NCBI GenBank assembly: GCA_040954595.2 | Contig: CM082581.2 | Span: 12,522,286 to 12,586,285, forward strand | Direction: 5' to 3' | Length of the DNA stretch: 64,000 nt | From: Balanoglossus misakiensis | Taxonomy: Eukaryota > Animalia > Hemichordata | Shown here: one piece after another, positions 29,501 through 46,400 of the stretch | Position numbering within the stretch: position 1 is the first letter of the stretch | Layout of the letters: each line of letters begins with the position of its first letter | Translations under genes and position numbers: made by a program | The notes under the pieces: generated by a model | Told to the model about the DNA's origin: nothing | Database searches by the model: none | What the model saw: only the letters and a program-made list of their open reading frames with translations

Positions 29501-30558
29501 AATGCCCTCTCCACCTTTGCCGCATTCTTTGTTGAACAATCTGATGCCGGTCACAATATGTGTCAGCTCCATCAGTTGTCTCTCCTTGTCTCGTTTCACC
29601 AACGCCATGAATGTGCCAAGCTCTGTCTGCGGAAACACGCTCTGCAGTGCAGCTGTCCATTTGAAAAGAAAGAAAGAAATAATTGAATTATTCCACATAA
29701 CATCAGGGAGATAGAATAAATAGATAAAAAAGTTTCAACAACTTTTGACAGAAGTTCTGAAAGGATCACACTCACCCGTTGCTTCTCTGACTACAGCAAT
29801 GTCAGTGGGAGATCCCAGACCAGATCTGAGTAAAACCGCGGATACAATTTTTCTGTACAAACTCTCCAGTTCTTCCCTTGTCCTGGCCCGACTGTCCGTG
29901 ATCTCTCTGACCACCGGCTGCAGACGGGATTCCAGCACTCGTCTGTGTTCTTCAAGGAAGTCAGCTGAAATTGATCATGCATGCCAAGAAGAGAAATAAG
30001 TATCCAAGAAAATTTAGTTGATTTTCAAAAGTATGGGTCCACCCATGTCCAATGAGTTCACACAAAAGTCACAACGATCAACCTACCTCTGGTAGTGTAG
30101 TTCATATCAAAATAAACCTGCATCTTGACAGTGTCTAATGCTGGGGATCTTGAGTCCAACAATCTGTCAACACAGATCTGTTAGAGACAGAAATAATACA
30201 TGTGTTACTGCGCTTATATATATATTTGTTTTGCATCATTCAGAACACAGATCAATGTCAGATTATGGTCCAGAGGATGTAGTTAGTTTTGTTCCATCCA
30301 GTATGTGCACTGCACTGTACTGTGATAAATGTACGTGAATCCCCGAGGCACACTAAAAATATTCACCTTTATAAGTTTCTGTACATCATCCTTTGTCAGC
30401 GTCCTATCCACATTGAATTCATTGGCTGGATCTAACACCACAGCCTTCACCATGAAGGCTACCAGTGTTTCAGACACTGCTTGCCCTTTGCTGGCACATT
30501 CCTGGGCTATTTCCCGGATGATGTTCTTGATCACACTCTCTGCCTGTGCCCTTGACAT
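26538..30558 (-). CDS. CFAP206: Cilia- and flagella-associated protein 206, multi-exon
   Basis: MSRAQAESVIKNIIREIAQEC, ETLVAFMVKAVVLDP, VVREATAALQSVFPQTELGTFM, ELTHIVTGIRLFNKECGKGGEGIDD, KTAVPTAQVY, YEWNEWELRRKAIK, QTKRDGGSNVPKPQTFLAGLRGG. Confidence 0.92.
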
Positions 30559-30866
30559 CTTGGAAAGGTGTGCTTAGATTCTGTAGAACGAAAAATTGGA
30601 ATGATCTTTTCTAGTACGTCAGTGAACATTTGACATGTACTGTGTACATCGACTGGCAGTGGCACGTGAATGAATGCTAGCTAGTACACTGATGTTTTCA
30701 ATATCATTTACCCGCCTCAGGTAAAATTTCTTGTCAAATATAACAGCGATCATATAGACGATAGCACTTACGTAAGTATTTCCAGGAAAATGTCAGATTC
30801 TCAGCTTCTTTAGATCATTTTACCACCAAGTTTCTTATGACCCGATCACAGTGTTGTTTTCATCTC

Positions 30867-30900
30867 GTTGCCAATGGCGAAGAAGTTATACTTCCGGGTC
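30867..30900. promoter_or_regulatory. CFAP206/RNPC3 bidirectional promoter: X-box-like element plus ETS element
   Basis: GTTGCCAATGGCGAA (30867-30881) and ACTTCCGGGTC (30890-30900) lie between the divergent 5' ends. Confidence 0.55.
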
Positions 30901-31329
30901 GCTGTCAACTCTCGTGATTTGCGAGATTTGCTGTCATAGAGTTGTGCACGCGTGAGCCAGCTGTACCGCTTCGGACACTATGGAATAATTTTCACGAGCT
31001 GATAATACACTAGTGTTTTGTTGCCTTTGGGTGGCCAAATAAGGTTAATTCAAGTAGAAAAGCGAACGTTTGGTAAGTACAGCTATACAGTCAACAAAAT
31101 AACAGCGAACAACTTCATATCACAGAGGAACATGCGTTTCGATTCGACGCTACCAAGTACCTGACGGCGACGCGAGTGGCCCAAAGCCTGGCCAAAGCCT
31201 CAAAGGACCAACAAAGTGCCATGCTGATGTTTTCCCATTCCAACATCACCCAACCAACAATAAAATGATAGCCATTGATCTTGAATGATATCAGAACATC
31301 TAAAAAATCCCTATCTTTTTAGTGACATC

Positions 31330-34322
31330 ATGAAAGACGCAGAAGAGAACAACATGTTGCTGATTCGTCACCTTCCCAGTGTTCTCAGCCAATCAGAGAA
31401 GACAGAATTGCTGGGTCACTTTGGTGCTGCTGAGGTGCATTGTATGTGTGACAAAGGCCTCTTGGTAAGAAGTAAAGAGACTATGAAGAAGTAAAATGGG
31501 GGAATTTGGTTTAACAGTGTTGTTTTCAATGTAAAATAAATTTGGTATGATCCAGTAAACTTTTCACAAGGGACTGCAGGGCTCAAAGTATAGTGACAAA
31601 ATATATTGATCTCTGTCTGTAATTCTCTTTTCAGAAACATGCTGCCATTGCCAAGTTTACTGATAGTGAGTCTGCAGCAAAGGTGAGGACTGAGTGCAAT
31701 TTCAACCATCAATATTTGAAGTGAATGCCATAAAGCTGTTAGGAGATACAATCCAAATTTGTATGAAAGATAACTTTATGGATATATGAAAATTGTTTGT
31801 TTTCCATTAGGCACTTAGCAGACTACATCAATTGAAAATCCTGGATCAGAGACTTGTGGTTGAATATGCAAATAAACTACCAAGACATTTACTGCCAAAT
31901 GTGTCCATTGACGACAAGTACAAGTAAGTAGAATGTATTGTATTATCACATATATGTACAGTTATAAGACTTGGAAGTGGTTTGCTTGTAAAGCACTATA
32001 GTCCTGTTAACACTGAAGGTTCTTGTATAAAAAAGTCAAAAAATGATATTGGGTTGGTGATGAAATGTGCACACTATGCTTACAATACAAGACTGTTTCG
32101 AATTGCAGGAATGAAGATGCAGACGAGACACAAAAAGAAGTCCAGAAAAAGAAGCCTGAATTAAATTTACAAGATCATGTCAAGGAACACAGCAAATCCT
32201 TTTCAGGAATAGCACCTTTACTTGGGTAAGTATATTAAGCCTGGGCAATATTTTTATTCATTTCTCATGGCAAAGCCTGAAAATAATTATTGTAATATCA
32301 AATTCCTTTAGTGTGAAACAGGGGATCCTAAGTCATTTCCTGTTGTTTACACACAGGATAAAGTATTCTTCGAGTCCACTGCTGCGGTACAACTACCCAC
32401 CACCAAACAGAGAGATTCTAACAAACATTATCCATACACTAGCCAGCGTGCCCAAATTCTACATCCAGGTTTTGCATCTGATGAATAAAATGAACCTGCC
32501 AGCTCCGTTTGGCGCTCTCACTGCAGAACCGCCACTACAGGTCAGTAAAGAGAGGTCTCTGTATTTATAACACGTGTGAAACTGTAAGCTTGTTATTGTT
32601 GCAGTATTTCCAAATGTTCCCATTTGTATGACACCATCGACAGGCTAGCTTCAATCTTTCATTATCTGTCACACAGGCAGATACTGCCCTCACAGGGGAG
32701 GAAGAGATGATGCAAACAGAGATGCAGATATCCAGTAGTGAGGAGGAATCGGAGCTTGAAAGCGATGAAGAGGAAAGAAGGGAGAGGTACGGACACACTG
32801 ACTTTGTTTTTCGTTCTGTCAGCCACACACACTTAAAACCAGACATACTTGTTTGATGAATCCAGGGATGACTATAGGGTGGGTGAACATCATGATTGGG
32901 TTTGAGGCCCATTGTCATGGCTTTTTGATATGTTTGATTAGGCATTTCTGCATAATACGATCACGAGAACATTATCACATCTTGCTCGACACTCGCAACT
33001 TCATTGTACACTTTGCACTTCCAGGATGGAGAAGCAGAAGGCAGAAAAGAGGCCGCGCCAAGAGAAGAAAAGTAAACCCAGAAAGAAGGCCAAACTGCAA
33101 CAGCTGCTGCAGCTACAGAAACCTGCAGCACCGGCGACACAGCCACAGTCACTGTACAAAGCAGCTGATGTGTTTGAAGCGCTTAAAAAACAGCAGGAAG
33201 TCAAGAAAATGGAATTCAAAATGCCAGATACAGTACTTCCAGTGTACACAGCACCCAGTGAAAGTCAAGTTCAAGTGGAGGAAGACACTGACATTTCAGG
33301 GTTTGGAAGAATTAATCCTGTCAGTCTTGAAGAATCTGAAGAAAAAGAAGAAGATGTGGTTGAAGAGGAGGCCGTTGTGACAGAAGTCATCTCAGAAAGA
33401 GAACTAAAGGAGAATAGACTTTCCCCTAAAGGTACGAGTGATAGTCTTGTGAAAGTCTGTGTTGAAAGTATTTGTCACAACTCTCCATGATTTAATAGAT
33501 TTGTTCTTGACTCTCGTGTTTTCAGAACTACACAAATATTCAGCTTTCAAAAGATATGATCCTGGGGAACCGACCACACGGCTTTTTGTGAAAAACTTGG
33601 CCAAACAAACAGATGTAAAGGTAAGTTTCTTATGCTTGGTAAAAAAAACAAAATTGATCGCCCTGCACAAGGAAGGCCTTAGAATACACAAATTAAAATT
33701 CATATGTCACTAATATTACCTTTTTCACCCAACCAGGATCTGCGGTACATATTTGGCCGTTATGTAGATTTCTCATCAGAGTTGGAAACTGACATGTAAG
33801 TATGAACATTTATGTTGGTCTGTGTCTGACAGACTTGATACTGGACAAGCTCGAATTTAGAGTATCTCTCTCATTTGGTAAATTAGCCCTTTCACTGCTA
33901 TATAGTCAATACAGGATAAAACCATTCACAGGAAAATGCATGGAGTAATATCCATAATTCTTTAATGTATTTTTACAGGTTTGATGTCAGGCTGATGGAC
34001 GGTCGTATGAAAGGACAGGCATTTATCGGGCTGCCCAGTGAAAGCCAAGCCAAGCGGGCAGCGGAGGAGACAAATGCATACTTGTTGCATGATAAACCTA
34101 TTGTAGTGGTATCCTTTCAACAAATAGGTTTTGTGTGCTGTTATGAACTTTAGCTGTCTTTGTTGACAGCCTCAGTTGGGGGTGGGGGGCACAGTGTGAG
34201 TGAGGGGCGAGAGAGAGAACTATATGTAGTTGTATTGCTCTTGTAACAAGTGCTTCCTTAACATAGCATCACAGCAATTTGCAAGATCTGCCAGGCCAAA
34301 GGAGAAAGAAGCCAAGAAATGA
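31330..34322 (+). CDS. RNPC3: U11/U12 snRNP 65 kDa protein (two RRMs), ~11 coding exons
   Basis: LLIRHLPSVLS...FGA (RRM1), RLHQLKILDQRLVVEYA, YNYPPPNREILTNIIHTLASVPKFYIQVLHLMNKMNLPAPF, YDPGEPTTRLFVKNLAK, LMDGRMKGQAFIGLP, KPIVV|QFARSARPK; TGA at 34320-34322. Confidence 0.95.
34109..34274 (+). other. U12-type (minor spliceosome) GT-AG intron in RNPC3
   Basis: 5' site GTATCCTTT at 34109; branch site TTCCTTAAC at 34254-34262, 12 nt before the CAG acceptor end; no polypyrimidine tract; removal restores KPIVV-QFARS. Confidence 0.92.
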
Positions 34323-35390
34323 AACATCTCAAGCTGATAGCCACATATTGAATTTCTCATGATAATCTTGGGGCAGGTCTTGCTGTTATTTTTAGATCAA
34401 ACTTTTAAAGTTGGTCAGATCAGGAAAGACGAGCAGAGCACACACATAGCAAGAATCAAGAGAATACTAGTTAATATTGGTTGTTTAATACTTTTTATTT
34501 TACTGCATTGCACTTGTCAATAAGAATTTTACATCGCAGAAAATAGTACCATACCAAGTCCAAGGACCAAGCCACATGTAATATTACAGTGCATCAAGCA
34601 ATATCATTGGGTAATACATGTCACATGACTATCAAGACTCAATTTGGAGCTTAGTCATTGGCCAATAGGTATCATCAACTTTCGTTCCATCACTGCTTTT
34701 ATTAACATTCTGTATAACTACAAAGTAACTCTTCTGCTTGCTAGTACTCAATGATTCACAAACATAATATTATGACAAAAAGGATGAAAAATTCAAAAAG
34801 CTGCAGTTTTTATCCCTTTTAATTTCTCAGATAGAATTAGACATACAAAATCGTTAAAAGACCGTTTTCTGTGAGAATATTTTGCTGAATTGCAGAACAC
34901 ACTACAGACTAAATGTCATTGAGGCAATATTCACATGATGAACTATGACCTGGTACGTTTGTTTGCTGATTTGTTCCTCTGGTTATGAAACCTTTTGTTG
35001 GGAAGGAAAGCATACCACTCAAAAGCGTAAAATATGAAGTAATAAGACAAAAAAGCTTTCAGCTGACCGTGTTGTAAAGCAGGAATATTTTCCCCAAATT
35101 TGCTACTTTTGGATTTACACAGTTGTAGTCATACGATTTGATTATTATACGCAACTAGAATTATATTGTTCCTTTTTTACAGTGAAATTCAGATGCCCAA
35201 ACTTACAAAGTGTTCAATTGTTGCCGGTTATATCTGACAAAAGCATAACAGACTTCTTAACTTTTACAAGAAGTGCATTCACTTTTGTCTTTTTCTCGAT
35301 TGGTCATCTATCAGCTTAAGTTATTTAACCCAGGGGGACAGTGACTCCCATCTAGTACTGCTTGCCAAATTCGATCCACTAGTACCCACA

Positions 35391-39738
<4,348 letters not shown>

Positions 39739-40465
39739 GGAAATTTGTTATTATAATACAAAAGAAATATTGCTATATTGGGTTGGTATTATGCAAATTT
39801 CAGAATTCGATGGCAGCCATAACCACTTCCGCGTTCATGTCGACATCGTGTTCTGCGGAGAAGCTAAACGTTTAGCGACGACAGGACGTAAACAAACAAC
39901 AAAACAATTAGATCGGTGCAAAGTAGTTTCACGAACAAGTCAAGGAAAGCAACTTCCTGATAAGTTGGTCACAAGACCGGCGTCTGATGATGATGACACA
40001 ACACGATCACGAATACGAAACCAAACACGGTTCGGCTTATTTCAGAGTCGTTCCGGTGACTGGTCTTCTGATCTGACGTGTAGTAGCACAGCACTGACTC
40101 ACCTACAACTACAGTCTGATGTACCCAACTGTTAATGTTCACTCGATTCGGATAAGGTGATTCCAGCTAAAGAAAAACACCAAACCGATGACCGTACACA
40201 GTACAGTGTACGACGGAGGCTGCAGGTAGGTGATGCATGAAACTGAAAATTAACGCGTTTATTTCTAGCCCAACATTCATATATAAATAAAGCAAAACTG
40301 TTATTTTCTTTTGTGTGATATAATATAATTAGTAAAAATGTTTTGAAAATGGAAAGATAAATATTATATATGTAAAGGATGGGAGCTGACGTATTATCAC
40401 AAGACATTCACACGAAAACGAATGCACACTTTGATTAAATTACAATGTCTTCTAATCGACAGAAA

Positions 40466-43400
40466 ATGGCGGATGAGGAGAAGAAAGATAACGCGGTGGC
40501 CAGCGAAACTTCGGCGAATAGCACCAGTGATCATGAAAATACAAACGCACAGAATTCGACATCAGGGAGCATATCGCCGAGGGATCGACTTAAGTCAGGG
40601 TAATTACTTTATGCCTCTCGAAATGTGCCTTAGTTCTTTCGAAGCTGCCGCCTCACATGGCCCCCGTGGTCTGTGATGTGTGAGTGTCGCCCCTCGCCAT
40701 AAACAACATGGCGGAGGCCGTCACTGAGTATACATGTAAACACCATGTTAAAGTAATGATACATATACATACTAAGGACTTACAGTCTTTCACTTGGGAG
40801 AAGTTGGTGTTGGAACGAGTGACCTGCACCATCAGCCAAAGTGATTTTTGTATTGGTCGTTGGTTAGGGACCAGACAAAGTGTCCAATACAGCAGACAAA
40901 TAATGGTAATCTTTTCTGAGTAGTGAAGACAGATCTTTATGTGATTTCCTTCCTTTCTGAACAGACCTCCACCAAACCAGTTCTTTGGAAGGGGAGCTGC
41001 TGGAATGCAGCGGATGAGAGGACCACCTCCAGGACCACCAGGCATTCGACCACCACCAATGTTCCGCGGACCACCAATGGGTCACATGATGCGGGGTCCG
41101 CCACCAGGACGACCTCCATTCGGCAGACCTCCATATGATCCGAACATGCCGCCGATACCACCTCCATCAAACATGCCCCCTTTTCCACCAATGCAGGTAA
41201 ATTTCTCTTGGTTTCTTGAAAGTGTAGTTAACATAATCAACATATTCTCTTGATGAGAATATATAAAGATGAAAGGTTGACAACCCCCAGTTCCCTCTTA
41301 AGAGGTCCAACTTTACTGTAGAAAACAATAGCTTTTGACTGAACCATGGTGGTGAAAGGGTTAATTGTACGTGCAGTTACTGATTCTGATCTTTTTTTTT
41401 TTTTTACTTGACAGAGACCGCTTGTACCACCCCCACCCATGTCACTGCATGGTCAGTTACACCCAGGTACAGCCATTGGAGTGCAGCAAGCCACTGCAGC
41501 TGCCACTGTAGTAGCTGCAGCCCACGCACCAGATATATGGGTTGAAAACAAAACACCAGAAGGAAAGGTGAGTTCTGGAGGCTACTAACATTGCTACTGT
41601 TGCATGATTTTATGCAGTATTTTGTATATGTTTCCTATTAGCATATCCTCTCTCTCCCATGTAATTGACTTTCATCACTGTTGTCCACCGCAGACTTACT
41701 TCTACAATGCCCGTACCAGAGAATCCACATGGAGCAAACCAGAGAATGTCAAGATCATCCAGCAGACCGAACTGCAGGCACTGGCTGCATCAGGCAACAC
41801 TGCGGCATTGACCGCACACACAACAACGGCCACAACATCAGCAGCAGCTGCGGCTGCAACCACAGCTGCTGCCACGACGACAGTCAGCACGACAACAGCT
41901 GTGGCAACGACAGCGACAACTGCGGCAGCCAGTGTTCCACAAAATGTACCAGTTATGTCGCCAACAGGTTTGTTGAAATCTCGGATTACCATATCATTTA
42001 TCTCACTGGTAGTTTTGTCTGAGAGACCACACTCGTTTAACCGATATTTCATTTTCTCATCAGTAACCACAGCTCAAGTCACAGTTCAACACACTATGCC
42101 GCCACCAGTGATGCCAGGGATGCCAATGTTACCACCATTCCGAGTACCAGTACCAGGACTCCCAATGCACGCACTGCCAATCCCCATGCCAGGTACCAAC
42201 ATTATTACTGCCTCAAAAGAAACCCACATATGACATAGCTATCATTTATGGTCAGGCGTTTCTTTTACACTGACTAACCATTTCCCTGACTTCTATGCAT
42301 CACCAGGTATGTTGCCACCAATGCTGCCACCAAGTGCAATGCAGCACCCTCCTGTAGCGGTGGCCAACACTGCGGCAGGCCTGTCCACCCCTGTAAGTGA
42401 ATGGTCCGAGCATAAGAATTCAGACGGTCGGACCTACTACTACAACTCTCGTACCATGGAGTCGACGTGGGAGAAACCAAAAGAGTTGATGGAGAAGGAA
42501 AAGGCAATGACAGGTAGGGTTGGTTTTCACTGTGTTGCGTGTATGTACTATGCTCTTCTTGGAACCACTGACCCCCTGAAATAATAATTGTGGTAATCTA
42601 AATGCACAGTTTGTCTGTTTCTGTTTTTCAAGCAGAAAAAGACAAAGAGTCAGAAGCAGAGCTGGAGAAGATGGAAGTTGATGAGAAGGAAACAAAAGCT
42701 GAAGAAAAAGGGGTAAGCACATACTACTATATTCTGCTTGTAGATTATTCAAGTGAGATCCCTGCACATTTCATCATAATCAACTTCTAATGCGTGTATG
42801 TATTTCACTCTTTCTGCCACAGGAATCAGAAGATGCTGACAAAGGCGAATCCATAGACCCGTCTGACAAATCCAAACCCATCGCAAGCAAAGCCGTCCCT
42901 GGTACCCCATGGTATGATCTGTTTTACTTATTGATTTTCAAGTCTTCTGTTGTAACATTATCTGCTATAACCATTAGAGTGTGTTGTGATAGGAAAATCT
43001 TACAATTTGTGTACCTCTCTTCTCTACCATCAGGTGTGTGGTGTGGACTGGGGATGAAAGGGTCTTTTTCTTCAATGCCAGCACACGTGCTTCACTGTGG
43101 GAAAAGCCAGATGACCTCAGAGGACGTGCTGATGTCGATAAGATGTTACAAGAGAAACCATGGAAACCCAAGTCAGATGAACCAGGTAAAGAATTGATAT
43201 TCCGCTCAGGATTGATGTCTCTTATGCGATTTGACTGAAGCTTTTAAGAGATACACTCAGTTTTATGAGAGACGTGACATTATTTTTTTTAATGTTTTCA
43301 GAACCTCTGTTGAAGAAGAAACTAGACGAGTCCTCGGAGGACGAACCCAAACCAAAGAAAAAGAAAGAAGAGAAAGTTTCAGAGTCGGACCCAGAGAAAG

Positions 43401-46400
43401 AAGCTGCTATAGAAGCAGAAGTAAAAGCTGCCAGGGAAAGAGCTATTGTTCCGTTGGATATCAGAATGAAGCAGTTCAAAGATATGCTTTATGAAAGAGG
43501 GGTAAGTGGTCTGTCCTGATGGGAGCATTCTGTTCTAGTGCTGGTCATGTTTTTAACCCATCCAATTGGACAACCTTTTCTGGAATCCTATTAGTATCAT
43601 CTTCTGAGCTAAGCTACAATCTAGTGTTCATACAGTACAGCAAATGTATTGGCTGAAAGACTTATCGTTGTCCTATCCTGTCTCTATTTCCATCTCTCCC
43701 AGGTGTCAGCCTTTTCCACCTGGGATAAGGAACTGCACAAGATAGTGTTTGACCCCAGATATCTGCTGCTGAACCCCAGGGAGCGCAAACAGGTCTTTGA
43801 GAAGTATGTCAAACAGAGGGCTGATGAGGAGAGGAAAGAGAAACACAGCAAACTCAAAGAGAAAAAGGAAGACTTCAGATCACTGATGGAAGATGCTAAG
43901 CTGTCATCAAGGTTAGAATCAGTTTTACTTAGAAACAATCTCTGGCCAGGACTGACTGCCTTCTGTTCCAGGCTCTTGCCAACTTCCTTCTACAGTACAA
44001 TTACAGGGAAGGAATTGACAATCCTTTCTTCTGACCTTTCATTTGCAGGTCCACCTTCAGCGAGTTTGCCTCCAAACATGGCAAGGATGCCCGCTTCCGA
44101 GCTATCGACAAGATGCGAGAACGGGAGGGTCTCTTCAATGAGTTCATGCTTCATGTCCGCAAGAAGGAGAAAGAAGAAGGAAGATCAAGGCAAGAGAAGG
44201 TCTGTTTAGTCTTCTCCAGTGGTATGGGTGACATGAAAGGGGAGGGATGGTCTTCTGTTTGACAATAAACCATCTCCTCTTTGCATTTGCCAACGTGTTA
44301 CATGTTAGGGCTCAGGAAAGGAAAAAACAAAACAGCAAAATTGTTGTACACGGCATGTGCAAAGAAAGTTGCAACTTGAAACAAATTAAACTTTGGCAGT
44401 TGACGTTTCTTTGGTCGGTATGCATTTCTCATGGTATCATTCCAGTTTATGGCTGGGTTGTACTTTTTTTAACTTGGCCCTAAGAGATGGACTTGTTTTA
44501 TTGTCACTTAAGACACAACAGTTAGTAAAGCTGACATGCTTTACTGACTTCCACCAAGATTGGTGGGTCCCTCTTGCGTGTGTGATGCGAGGGTGCTGTG
44601 TGCGAGGGTGCTGCAAAAAAAAAATCACAGAACTGAATGAGTTACTTCGGATCACAGCAGATACAAACAAATTGGTAAATGGTGCAATACAGAAACAGAA
44701 ACATTGTTGTAACAACCAGTGCATGACTGTGGATTGTTGGAGATTATTCATGAAAATATGTCTACAAAACTTACTGTGCATATTAATATTTTATACAGTG
44801 ATAAATGATCTTGATGATGATAATGATAATGCCATTAATTAACTTACTAAATGATCCGTCTATGTTTTCAATCTGAAGCAGTTAGCAATCAAAGGCGTTG
44901 AGCTGTCAGTCACTAGCAAGGTGCATTATGGGAACCCTATTGAGGAAAGCTATGCATTGTGGGTGATAGTATGCCTTCCTTCCTTCATCACATGTGCTTG
45001 TCAAGTTTTCCGGTACTAAATGTTTTGTTTCTTTCTATGTAGTTTTCTTGAGACAGTACCTGTCTCCTGAGTGGATAGATCAGGAAAATTCCATCGAAGG
45101 ACCCTTAAGTTTGATGCCAGAAGTCGGTTTCAATCACGTTTCGACGAATCTGCAACTCGAAAAAAAATACCGAAAGCTCAAAAAGTTGAACAACGGTGTC
45201 AACTTAGGGGGCCTTGCAATGGTGTTTATTTATTTTTTTAAGTTTCTTCTGTTTTGGAAAACAAATTATCACAAGATGAAATGAAATTGTAGTATATTGC
45301 TGACAGGAATTTAGTGCCGAGGTCATGAACGAGCACAAATTGCAAAAGTTTCTATCGTCTATTTTAAATTTGCCTTGTTATGACATAATAGACATTAGCA
45401 CAAATGTAAAACATTTTATGTTGTGTGTCATTCACATGAGAAGATTCTCAAACATTGTGGTGCGTGGATTTTATTTGACATGTATGCAGAGGTTCTTTCA
45501 AGATAAGAGTGTTTTTTTTAATCAACAGTTTGGTTATCTAGGGAGGTTCTGTGTTGTAAGAGATCTGGGTGTTACTGCTTGATCAGTTTCTGAAAAACTT
45601 GGAAAACTAGAGAACAAACTCAAGCTGCCTTAATTACCTCTTGTACTGACTTTTGCATATGCCGTTTTCTTCCCCCTCTCACTCTAGACAAAAGCAGATT
45701 TCTTTGCTCTGCTCGGGGAGTGTAAGTCGATAGAAAAACATTCCAAGTGGAGTCATGTGAAGAAAACAGAGATTTCGTCAGATAGCAGGTACAAGGCTGT
45801 GGAGGACAAGAAGCAGCGTGAGCAATGGTTCCAAGAATACGTCAGCAGTAAATTTAAGGTACGCAGGGTGCATCTCCTGTGTTAAGTCCCATCTGCGTTA
45901 AAAAACTCATTGATGTGTGGTAAAAGAAAGCTATGGTTTGAAAATTATGGGAAACTGGGAACTTTTGTTCTGCGAGTCAGTGTCATGATATTTTGCTGCT
46001 TTGTCCCGGCAGGAAGTGAACGAAGGCGCTGAACGACAGAAGAGAATAGAAGCCAGCATTCGTGAGAGGGAGAGAGAAGTACAAAAAGCGAGGTCAGAGC
46101 AACTGAAAGAACTCGACAGAGAACGTGACCAGCACAAGAAAGATGAGGCCACACAGCACTTCAAAGCATTACTGGCTGATCTGGTAAGAAATGGGGTGAT
46201 GGCTGTGTAGCAAGAGACAATACAGCTGTTGCAAAATAGTTTTAAAGACAGTGGACAGTCCTACAGGACAAACTTTTTATTACATTACCTGCCCTGGGTA
46301 TGATATTTTGGCTTTTGTATGACTGTGACTAAAGTGTTGTTGATAATGTGCGTCTGTTGCTTCCAGGTCCGAGACTCTGATGCCGTGTGGAGGGAAACGC

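Noticed and set aside
32926-32938. 13-nt match to miR-190 (TGATATGTTTGAT)
   Set aside because: Poor hairpin and divergent 3' half; miR-190 normally sits in a talin intron.
34323-35390. Searched for a tandem U11-binding USSE in the RNPC3 3' region
   Set aside because: No duplicated GTATC(C/T)TT motif is visible.
44814-44876. ATGATGA...CTGA C/D-like pair in the TCERG1 intron
   Set aside because: Box C is part of a (GAT/AAT) repeat, it is far from the acceptor, there is no terminal stem, and the rRNA complementarity is interrupted.
45529-45541. 13-nt match to miR-9 (TTTGGTTATCTAG)
   Set aside because: The 5' seed start and 3' half differ and there is no complementary star arm.
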